DNA from: an uncultured bacterium
Lineage (GTDB): Bacteria > Patescibacteriota > Dojkabacteria > J137
Direction: 5' to 3'
NCBI GenBank assembly: GCA_963700155.1
Contig: OY969472.1
Location: forward strand, 936,690 to 1,000,689
Length of the DNA stretch: 64,000 bases
Positions 17,902 to 25,944 of this stretch are shown here, one piece after another (within the stretch, counting starts at the first letter, position 1; each line of letters begins with the position of its first letter). The notes under the pieces are model-generated. The model did not search any database. It was not told the DNA's origin and was given only the letters and a program-made list of their open reading frames with translations. The translations under genes were made by a program, and so were the position numbers.

Positions 17902-19557
17902 ATGCTTCAGGAAAAAGATTTTACAAAAAATAGATATATCCTTTATGCAAGGAAGTCTTCTGAATCTGAAGATAGACAGGTTGCTTCAATAGCATCACAG
18001 ATTGATGCTATGCAAGAGATTGCAAAGGAGTTGAAAATAAAAATTGTTGAAGTGATGAGCGAATCGAGTTCTGGTTTCCATGTAGGTAGGAATGTCTTTA
18101 ATTCAATGGTTGAAAAGATACATAAAGGCGAGGCAGACGGAATCATTGTCTGGAAACTTTCAAGACTATCAAGGAATCCTGATGATGCTGGAAGAATAAT
18201 GGGTATGTTACAACGGGAAGAAATTAAGCATATAAGGACTGTTGATAGAAACTGGTTTCCTGAAGACAATGTAATGATGATGTATGTTGAGTTCGGCGTA
18301 ACAAATCAGTTCAGCCGAGATTTAAGTGTTGATACAAGTAGAGGTTTATTAAAGAAAGCTCAAAGAGGCTGGTCGCCAATCTCTACTCTTCCTCTTGGTT
18401 ATATGCACAGCCCGTATAAGAAGCTAGGCGATGAAGAAATTATCCCTGACCCTGAAAGATTCGAAATTGTAAAAGAAGGTTTAAAACAAGTTGCTTCAAA
18501 TAGACTTACTCCAATGCAGTCCTTAGATTTTGTTTTAGAAAAAGGTTTAAAAACCAGAAAAGGAAAGCCGATAGGTGAAAGTGTGTGGTATCGAATACTC
18601 ATAAATCCTTTCTTTTATGGAACTTTTGAATTTCCGCAGAAAAGTGGAAGATTTTATGAAGGCAAACATACTCAAGCTATAACTCAAGAAGAATATAATC
18701 AAATTCAACATCAACTCGGCAGGAAGGACAGTCCTAGACCTAAAAAATGGTATTTCCCATACACTGGAATGATGAAATGTGGAGTTTGCGGTTGTTCAAT
18801 AATTGCAGACCCTAAATTTAAACATCAAAAGAATGGGAATGAACATGACTATGTTTATTATAGATGTACTAAAAAACGAGGTAATTGCGACCAGAGAAGC
18901 CTCGAAGTTGATGACTTGGAAATACAGTTCACAGATATAATTTCAAATATACGAGTACCTGATGGCTTCCATGAATGGGCAATGGAAGAGCTTCAAAAAG
19001 ACCATCAAAAGGAAATTGTAGAAAGAGGTGAATCTTATGAGAGAGCAAAGGCAAAATACGAGGAAGTTGTTAAAAAGATTGATGATTTAGTTGAGGGCTA
19101 TTTAGGAAAGAAAATTCCAGAAGAAACTTACGATAGAAAGTTGCCTGAATATCAAAAAGAACAGAATATCTTAAAAGGTATTCTTGATAGCTCAGATTTA
19201 AGAATAAAAGAATGGATTAACAAAGCTGATGAAGTTCTTGATTTTGCAACTAAAGCAAAATATGAATTTGAACATGGCGATGATAAAAAGAGAAAAGAGA
19301 TAGTTTCGTTTCTCGGCTCGAACCTCATTTTAAAAGACAGGATACTTAGCCTAGACTTAAAAAAGCCTCTGGAAGTTATTCAATCTGTTTCTGGGGAATT
19401 AAATGTCATTGCTGAAAAGTTCGAACCTCTCAATAGCTCAAATAGCAAAGAAGAATTTAAAGAATTTCTATCTACAAATGTCACATGGGGTGGAATCTGG
19501 GACGAATTTAAGAACTATTTAATTAATACTACTAGCAATTTTGTCATGAGTACCTAA
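17902..19557 (+). CDS. large serine recombinase of unit B
   Basis: YARKSSE catalytic Ser, SRLSRN, recombinase domain, CGVC...YYRC zinc ribbon, coiled coil; ends TWGGIWDEFKNYL.. Confidence 0.95.
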   Translation: MLQEKDFTKNRYILYARKSSESEDRQVASIASQIDAMQEIAKELKIKIVEVMSESSSGFHVGRNVFNSMVEKIHKGEADGIIVWKLSRLSRNPDDAGRIMGMLQREEIKHIRTVDRNWFPEDNVMMMYVEFGVTNQFSRDLSVDTSRGLLKKAQRGWSPISTLPLGYMHSPYKKLGDEEIIPDPERFEIVKEGLKQVASNRLTPMQSLDFVLEKGLKTRKGKPIGESVWYRILINPFFYGTFEFPQKSGRFYEGKHTQAITQEEYNQIQHQLGRKDSPRPKKWYFPYTGMMKCGVCGCSIIADPKFKHQKNGNEHDYVYYRCTKKRGNCDQRSLEVDDLEIQFTDIISNIRVPDGFHEWAMEELQKDHQKEIVERGESYERAKAKYEEVVKKIDDLVEGYLGKKIPEETYDRKLPEYQKEQNILKGILDSSDLRIKEWINKADEVLDFATKAKYEFEHGDDKKRKEIVSFLGSNLILKDRILSLDLKKPLEVIQSVSGELNVIAEKFEPLNSSNSKEEFKEFLSTNVTWGGIWDEFKNYLINTTSNFVMST

Positions 19558-20292
19558 TATCAAATCTACTTGTTTAATCATCTCACTTGGCTGTAAGGAC
19601 ATGTCTTCAACTATTGAAGCAATGTTCTCAATTTCGTTTTCACAATTAAGAACCTTGAGCGATTCCCTAACGGGGACAGTGTTAAGTATTATGTAAGATT
19701 TCTTAATAGAATCTGTCACCTCCATTTGCAATTTGTTATAATTTTTATATAGTTCTCTTAACTCACAATTACTACAAAGACAGTAATCTATAATACAATC
19801 CCTATATCTTTTTTCCTTAAAACATATTACCCCCATTGCTAGGTATGCCTTACCCATCATATACCAATCTGAAGTTCTCATGCCATCTGAGAGCTGTTTA
19901 TTAAGAAGCCCCCACTCAACATCACTATCACTTGCAGGAGAACCAAATCTTTTAGATAATATGTTTTTAATAGACTGGAATTCTTCTCGGTGCTTTATTA
20001 ACTCATCATATGTACCATTGATTTTTGCCCATTCTAATTCCACTTCATCAGTCTGTAACTTGGTTAATGAAAGTTTCTCTTTTGTGTAAGGATGAGTTCT
20101 ACTATATATGTATTTCCCACAATTAGGACATTTTGTTTTAGCTTTAACTACTTTAACTAAAATTGAAGAACAATAAGGACAGATTTTTTGAGAAGATCTA
20201 ATATAATTATCCCCAAACTCACAAGTATTGGATTTATTGACTTTTTTTGTGGTTGAAAAGATTGTATTGACTATCCTCTTTATAATCGCCAT
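19519..20292 (-). CDS. zinc-ribbon hypothetical protein
   Basis: CPYC...CPNC. Confidence 0.65.
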   Translation of the reverse strand: MAIIKRIVNTIFSTTKKVNKSNTCEFGDNYIRSSQKICPYCSSILVKVVKAKTKCPNCGKYIYSRTHPYTKEKLSLTKLQTDEVELEWAKINGTYDELIKHREEFQSIKNILSKRFGSPASDSDVEWGLLNKQLSDGMRTSDWYMMGKAYLAMGVICFKEKRYRDCIIDYCLCSNCELRELYKNYNKLQMEVTDSIKKSYIILNTVPVRESLKVLNCENEIENIASIVEDMSLQPSEMIKQVDLILGTHDKIASSIN

Positions 20293-20306
20293 TAAACTAT
20301 TATGAA

Positions 20307-20573
20307 TTAATTGATTTTTTTAGAGCACCCTTTTTTAATCTCATCATCAGTAAACCCAAACTTTTTTATTTGTTGAATTATCATTTTAACGTAAAATGGA
20401 CCAACATTAGTTGAAATTATTATAAATGGTGGTTGATTTGAATCTTTTTCAGGAGATTTATTCGGATGAATGAATTTGTAGTTATGTTTACCAGCTCCAA
20501 CATCATTAAACCCCAGATTATATAGTAATGATATTAAATTCTTAAAATTTTTTGGAGGGAACTCTGATTTCAC
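20307..20573 (-). CDS. HicA-like toxin
   Basis: LYNLGF..GAGKHNYKFIHP resembles the HicA G-x-H motif; overlaps its partner gene. Confidence 0.55.
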   Translation of the reverse strand: MKSEFPPKNFKNLISLLYNLGFNDVGAGKHNYKFIHPNKSPEKDSNQPPFIIISTNVGPFYVKMIIQQIKKFGFTDDEIKKGCSKKIN

Positions 20574-20968
20574 TTTCCAATATATCTAACCTTCTCCTCA
20601 GTCTTAAATATTTTATTACCTAATCCCTCACTGCCAACAGATACAACATCTCCATTCTTATCTTGGACTACAAAGTCTTTAGCAGAGATTCGCTTATTAT
20701 AATAATGTGGAACATCAAAATACACAAAAAGTGCATCTTTTATCCTGTCAGCTATAGATTGACTGTCCGGAGAAAAAACCATAAAGCCAGGTAATGAATC
20801 AGCAATGAGAGTATAACCTGACTCATCTGAATGTACTTTTAAATCCAAATCTACAGGAATTTTTTTTAAGTTTTCCAAATTTAATTCTGGAGGTCTACTA
20901 CGAATATCGTAGTTGACAATTTCATTTAAATCCCTAATGAGTTTTTTGAGGATGAATTTGTAGTACAT
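20570..20968 (-). CDS. HicB-like antitoxin
   Basis: DESGYTL..SLPG....IKDALFVYFD, HicB N-terminal-like. Confidence 0.55.
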   Translation of the reverse strand: MYYKFILKKLIRDLNEIVNYDIRSRPPELNLENLKKIPVDLDLKVHSDESGYTLIADSLPGFMVFSPDSQSIADRIKDALFVYFDVPHYYNKRISAKDFVVQDKNGDVVSVGSEGLGNKIFKTEEKVRYIGK

Positions 20969-21350
20969 GATATATTTAAATTAAGTTATAGATTATATTA
21001 TTATATTGTTTATATGTCCATCTATTAACGATATTATGTTAGAAGAAGAAATGACCATACTTATAGTATATATTATTTTTGATAAAGTTATAAGAATTTC
21101 AGTTTAATCTTTCAAATTTGATGGTAGGTGATCTATTATTATTTGAGTTTTTTCACATATTTGTTATCTAATTTGGGATTCAAAGGCAAATCTTTTTTAA
21201 GTTGATTGGGAGGCACTTTTTAGCTTAAGAATATCGATTTTACGCTTATTTCGTCAAGAAGTTTAAGTATCGTGTATCTTAACTATACGGTACCTTTTAT
21301 AATTTAGCTATACCCCACTTGTGGATATCCCCTATGATTAAACTAGAATA

Positions 21351-21800
21351 TTAATAAAATATGCTATAAGGTAACCCGATATCCCAAGTCCGACTTTCAT
21401 TATCTTGAGCCTCACAAATGAATCTACTATCACCAGTATTCCCATAAATTGTATCTTCAAAGCAGGTGATGTATCCTAAACTAACATAACCTCCATTGGG
21501 AAAATAAATTTCTGTAAATCTGTCACCGTTACTGGCTACCTCAAGAGTGTAACAGTAATTATCTGGGTCATCATGAGGGTAATAGCAAGCCTTCATGGAT
21601 TTTGATCCAGTAAACTTCATTATTTTACTGGGATACTCGGCACCTATTCCAATAAATCCACCCACAGATTGTGAGTATTCATCGTTGGGATTTTTAAACC
21701 CATTTAATGCGTAGATTATGAAAGCAATTATAACTATAAGTACTATTAGATTGATACAACCACCACCGCTTCTCTGCTGTTCAAATTCATTTTCATTCAT
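21351..21800 (-). CDS. membrane-anchored hypothetical protein
   Basis: N-terminal TM, four Cys in the distal domain. Confidence 0.65.
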   Translation of the reverse strand: MNENEFEQQRSGGGCINLIVLIVIIAFIIYALNGFKNPNDEYSQSVGGFIGIGAEYPSKIMKFTGSKSMKACYYPHDDPDNYCYTLEVASNGDRFTEIYFPNGGYVSLGYITCFEDTIYGNTGDSRFICEAQDNESRTWDIGLPYSIFY

Positions 21801-21807
21801 AGATTAC

Positions 21808-22410
21808 TCACTTATATAATTCATAACATTTATTTTCTGCTGAAGTTTTACGGTTATCTAATACACTTGCCTCACTTGTTGAAAGTTTGCAATTCCAACC
21901 ATCCGTTTTTTCATATCCATGAGAATCACAATTAGCACTCCAATCATTTTTATAATCTGTATATGCTTTGTCTAAACAATTGTTCAATGCTAATTTATTA
22001 TTATTTACAACATCATGGGTTGTAGTTGTAGGGTAGTAATCTTTTACTCTATTTATAGCCAAAACAACTGTCAAAGCAATTAGAAAGAAAGCAACAAATG
22101 CAATAATCTTTGTGGAATTAGTATTTGAAGATTTTAAAACTAACCATGCAATTAAACCTGCAATACCTCCAGCAATTGTTCCACTCAGAATATCAAGGTG
22201 ACTTATTTGTGATACCAAAGCTATACAACCAATTACAAATATCCAGGAGAAGAATTTCACTACAGAAGATGTTGTATTATTTACTTCCTTATACTTTTGG
22301 TGGTGATCATTTATATTCTCATTCAAAAATTCTCCACAGAATCTGCACTTTATCGCTGACTCTTTAATTTCCTCACCACAATATGGACAAGATTTATATC
22401 CTAGCTTCAT
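21808..22410 (-). CDS. zinc-ribbon membrane protein
   Basis: CPYCGEEI..AIKCRFCG; three TM helices. Confidence 0.75.
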   Translation of the reverse strand: MKLGYKSCPYCGEEIKESAIKCRFCGEFLNENINDHHQKYKEVNNTTSSVVKFFSWIFVIGCIALVSQISHLDILSGTIAGGIAGLIAWLVLKSSNTNSTKIIAFVAFFLIALTVVLAINRVKDYYPTTTTHDVVNNNKLALNNCLDKAYTDYKNDWSANCDSHGYEKTDGWNCKLSTSEASVLDNRKTSAENKCYELYK

Positions 22411-22464
22411 AATATTGTATTAATATATTGGGATTTTACTACTTTGGAATCCAAATATAAAATA

Positions 22465-22890
22465 TTATTTTTCTCGATTTTTGTCTAAGTCTTTATAACT
22501 TATAGTATTAAGTATAAATTGAGTCCCATCTTCACCAGTTACCTCTTTTCTTTGACTATATAAAGACTTTTGTCGTCGTTCTAAGTATTTCCAAGAATCT
22601 TCTACTGAATTTGAATCTATAACTGCTCTCGCAATATTCTTTTTTGAAGCGATGGCAATGAATTGTTTTGCTCTTTCCATACTCTCTGTAAATTCGTCGG
22701 ATTGTTTCTCCCACTCATAATACGTATCTTTACTTATTCCTGAGTATAGACAAGCCTCTTCGACTGTAAAATCATTTCTAAATGCTTCGGTTAAATCCGA
22801 CATTACCCTTTCAGTTAATTTATATGTTGATTGCATTAGTTCTTTTAAAGTTTTGTTTGGTATTCCGTTCATAATATTAGTTGATAACAA
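22465..22890 (-). CDS. terminase small subunit-like protein
   Basis: HTH TVEEACLYSGISKDTYYEW, WKYLERR, C-terminal KEVTGEDG. Confidence 0.65.
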   Translation of the reverse strand: MLSTNIMNGIPNKTLKELMQSTYKLTERVMSDLTEAFRNDFTVEEACLYSGISKDTYYEWEKQSDEFTESMERAKQFIAIASKKNIARAVIDSNSVEDSWKYLERRQKSLYSQRKEVTGEDGTQFILNTISYKDLDKNREK

Positions 22891-23000
22891 ATACGTATCA
22901 GATGTATTATATCAACAAATTTTAAACTTGCTAAAACTTAAAACAGAAAATATAATTCATTAATAATTAACACTACAATTCCCTGCTTTCTTTTTAAGTA

Positions 23001-23951
23001 GTGTTAGAAGAAGGCGGGGATTTTTATATGAATATTGAAGTTAAGCACGATGATAATTCATTGTTATTAGAAGATTTGACTGACATTACTAAACTTCTAT
23101 ATCAAGACTTTGGAAACAATAAACTCCCAATCTTTTTTGTAGATGACAGTTACTTAATGAACGAAAAAGAGGAAACAAAAGTACTAACTAAAGAAGAATT
23201 AAAGTTCATTAATATTAACTTGCAAAATAATGAAAAATTTAAAGTTTATAATCTAAAATCTCATTATTCACTCTATTATCTAGTGGATTTTGAAATCATA
23301 ACTAGTTATCAGTCGATTAGGAATTACTTAAACCCTCATGATGATTTTTCATTGAGAACTTTACACGAATTCGGAGGCATTTGCTATTACGTCCAGCCGA
23401 ATATAGTTTTATTAAACTGGGCTAATGGCAATTTAATTAATATACTAACTGCGATATCGAAAATAAAGGGAATAGTTAATGAAATAAAATCTGATAGACA
23501 GTTAAAATACACATATGCAATACCTGATATCCTAGGTAGACATAAGTTTCAGATAATAATTGATAAAAATTCTAATAAAATTCTCTTAAAAGGATTGAGT
23601 GAAAGAATATATGACACAAAACTCATATGCGAAGATCAAAATGGTTTAACAACAAAAAATTGCAGATTACTAGAATATCTACGCTTAAATGTGGGAACAA
23701 CAGATACTTTGATCAAAAGAAAAATTATTGATGAGTTAAAAAAGTACAACGAATTTAAAAAAGATATAAAGACTCTCAGGTTCTACTTTAAGGAAATCCG
23801 TGACGCAATTAAAACAATTTTCCAGTTATCCAATGAGGATTATGCTGAATACTTCTTTGATACAAGCGATAAATTCGACTTAATATTAAAATGCGACATA
23901 ATTTATATTGAAAAACTTATTACACCCACTTACACACCCACTCAGAAATAG
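23001..23951 (+). CDS. hypothetical protein
   Basis: 316-aa ORF. Confidence 0.6.
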   Translation: MLEEGGDFYMNIEVKHDDNSLLLEDLTDITKLLYQDFGNNKLPIFFVDDSYLMNEKEETKVLTKEELKFININLQNNEKFKVYNLKSHYSLYYLVDFEIITSYQSIRNYLNPHDDFSLRTLHEFGGICYYVQPNIVLLNWANGNLINILTAISKIKGIVNEIKSDRQLKYTYAIPDILGRHKFQIIIDKNSNKILLKGLSERIYDTKLICEDQNGLTTKNCRLLEYLRLNVGTTDTLIKRKIIDELKKYNEFKKDIKTLRFYFKEIRDAIKTIFQLSNEDYAEYFFDTSDKFDLILKCDIIYIEKLITPTYTPTQK

Positions 23952-24006
23952 GCTATAACCTCCTGCAGACTTAATAAAATAGTCGTTCACCCACACTTCC
24001 ACCCAC
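23923..24006 (+). repeat. four CACCCAC direct repeats (iteron-like)
   Basis: copies at 23923, 23935, 23988 and 24000, i.e. two pairs each spaced 12 bp. Confidence 0.55.
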
Positions 24007-24055
24007 TCATCATTTAAAGATATTATCTACACAATTAATTTATCAAGATTTTACT

Positions 24056-24643
24056 GTGCCTGAATATCTAATTGAACTTGAAAATGAACATAAAAGAAGC
24101 TTATTACTTTTGAATAATATGCTATTCATCAACAAGGCTTTCCCTGAAGGTTCAGAAATACTTCGCAGAAATAAAAGAATCTATGAGCAGGAGATAATTC
24201 AATATAAAAATGATTTGGAAAGATCTGTTCTACAAGCAATTATAGATGAGCTCCCACCCGTACAGGTTAAATTGATTCTCTTGTTCAAATATTTAAATCA
24301 ACGATTTAGAGAACTTAGAAATTGTTTACATTTTATTAATTCACAAATGCCACAAACAAAAAATCTGAATAAAACTAAAACAGATTATATTTCAATAAAA
24401 ATTCAGAGGTCTAAGGAAATAGATATAAGAAAGGTTGTTGAATATTTAGGTTTAGAAGTTAAGTCAAATGATATTTTGAGATGTCCTTTCCACCAAGATA
24501 AAACTCCCTCCTTAAAGTTATATAGAAAAGAAAATCGCTTTAAATGTTATGGATGTAATGCATCAGGTGACTCAATAACTTTTGTTAGAAAATTCCAAAA
24601 CGTTGGATTTTTAGAAGCAATAGATTTTATTAATAAATTATGA
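24056..24643 (+). CDS. CHC2 zinc-finger (primase-type) protein
   Basis: CPFHQDKTPS..FKCYGC..GD. Confidence 0.85.
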   Translation: MPEYLIELENEHKRSLLLLNNMLFINKAFPEGSEILRRNKRIYEQEIIQYKNDLERSVLQAIIDELPPVQVKLILLFKYLNQRFRELRNCLHFINSQMPQTKNLNKTKTDYISIKIQRSKEIDIRKVVEYLGLEVKSNDILRCPFHQDKTPSLKLYRKENRFKCYGCNASGDSITFVRKFQNVGFLEAIDFINKL

Positions 24644-25692
24644 ATGAGGATAGTTACTTTAAAGAAATCCTAGACGAAATCGGAGAATCAACTGAATTGA
24701 AAACCATTGAGTTAGAAGATGTTACAGAAGAAAACGTTAGTTTCTTAGTTAATCCTTATATAGTGAAAAACGGGATCAATCTGATTACTGCACCACAAAA
24801 AAGTTTGAAAAGCATGATCATTCTTTACTTATGCATATGTACTTTAAAAGGAGATCAGTTTTTAGATCATTTCCCAACCGAAAAGATTAATAAGGTGTTA
24901 TTAATTGATCAAGAAAATAGGAAATCTGCAGTTAAAAACAGAACTATAAGATTAGGTTATGAACCTCAAAATATTACCTTAATAGACCAGTATATTTATT
25001 TCGACAAAGATGAAGAAATTACAAATAAACTTATCTCATTAATTAAGGAGAAAGAAATTGACCTAGTAGTTATAGATACACTAAGAAGAACGAATTCTAA
25101 TCTTGATGAAAATTCAAGCAGGGATGTTAATAAATTTTTTGCAAGAATTCAACCCTTAAAAGATTACGCAACAGTAATAATAATTCATCATGAGACTAAA
25201 CCAACACCAATGAATAAAAATACCTATTACAGAGGTTCTGGAGATATCGTTGGTGCTGTAGATAGTCATATCTCATTGAAGAAAGGTGATACAAACAATG
25301 ATTCAGTAAATCTCACTTTGAAGCATGAAAATGCTAGATATTCTCAAGAGAATGAGCCTATAGAAATTAAATTTAACTTTACTGATAAAAGATTTTCTTT
25401 TACTTATAACGGAGATTCTAAAGAAAACTTCATACAAAAATTAGAAGCAGAGAAACAAGAAAGATTAGAAAATTTGCTTCAATTTATTCAAGATTCTGAA
25501 ACTGAAGGCAGAAACATCAAGGAAATAGAGGAATTTTGTAAAAAGAACTTTAATAAAGGAGAACATACAGCAAAGGAATATCGAGATACTTTATTATTAG
25601 GAGGAGCGATTCAAGAACATACAAAACCTTCAGATAAAAAAACATACTTTATTTATACAGATTTTGCACCTCAGCAGAGCAATATACTATAG
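24640..25692 (+). CDS. AAA_25/RepA-like helicase
   Basis: APQKSLKS (degenerate Walker A), LIDQEN, VVIDT, IIHHE, RGSG; ATGA overlap with the upstream gene. Confidence 0.85.
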   Translation: MNEDSYFKEILDEIGESTELKTIELEDVTEENVSFLVNPYIVKNGINLITAPQKSLKSMIILYLCICTLKGDQFLDHFPTEKINKVLLIDQENRKSAVKNRTIRLGYEPQNITLIDQYIYFDKDEEITNKLISLIKEKEIDLVVIDTLRRTNSNLDENSSRDVNKFFARIQPLKDYATVIIIHHETKPTPMNKNTYYRGSGDIVGAVDSHISLKKGDTNNDSVNLTLKHENARYSQENEPIEIKFNFTDKRFSFTYNGDSKENFIQKLEAEKQERLENLLQFIQDSETEGRNIKEIEEFCKKNFNKGEHTAKEYRDTLLLGGAIQEHTKPSDKKTYFIYTDFAPQQSNIL

Positions 25693-25719
25693 ATGTGAGG
25701 TGCTGAGGAGAAGAAATAT

Positions 25720-25812
25720 ATGTCTGAAGAATCTAAAAAGGAAATAATAGAATTCTTAAAATTATTATCTGATATACTTGCTGATCAAATTAAAAGAGGT
25801 GTTTATGTTTAA
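25720..25812 (+). CDS. 30-aa small ORF MSEESKKEIIEFLKLLSDILADQIKRGVYV (not in the supplied track)
   Basis: GAGGAG at 25705-25710 precedes the ATG; amphipathic helix. Confidence 0.45.
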   Translation: MSEESKKEIIEFLKLLSDILADQIKRGVYV

Positions 25813-25830
25813 CTTCTTACTAATTTTATA

Positions 25831-25933
25831 TATAATCTTATTGCTATAACAAGTTAATGACGAATTTATTAAACGGGTATCCAGATACATGAGTTCGTCT
25901 CTTGTTATAGCACTGGATGCCCGTTTATTTTTT
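25831..25933 (+). promoter_or_regulatory. -10 box and attenuator-like leader of the recombinase
   Basis: TATAAT at 25831; interleaved inverted repeats 25842-53/25901-12 and 25870-84/25913-27, then a T tract. Confidence 0.55.
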
Positions 25934-25944
25934 ACTTTTAGTTC

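Larger units (their letters stand above)
4427..19485. mobile_element. unit B: ~15 kb integrative element with defence and metabolic cargo
   Basis: bounded by TGGGGT-N6-TGG; serine recombinase at the right end; carries tyrosine recombinase, HTH, R-M and AbiV genes. Confidence 0.75.

Noticed and set aside
24640-24643. alternative genetic code (TGA=Gly) as in Gracilibacteria/Absconditabacteria
   Set aside because: Genes are full length under code 11, and TGA acts as a stop in ATGA overlaps such as this one.
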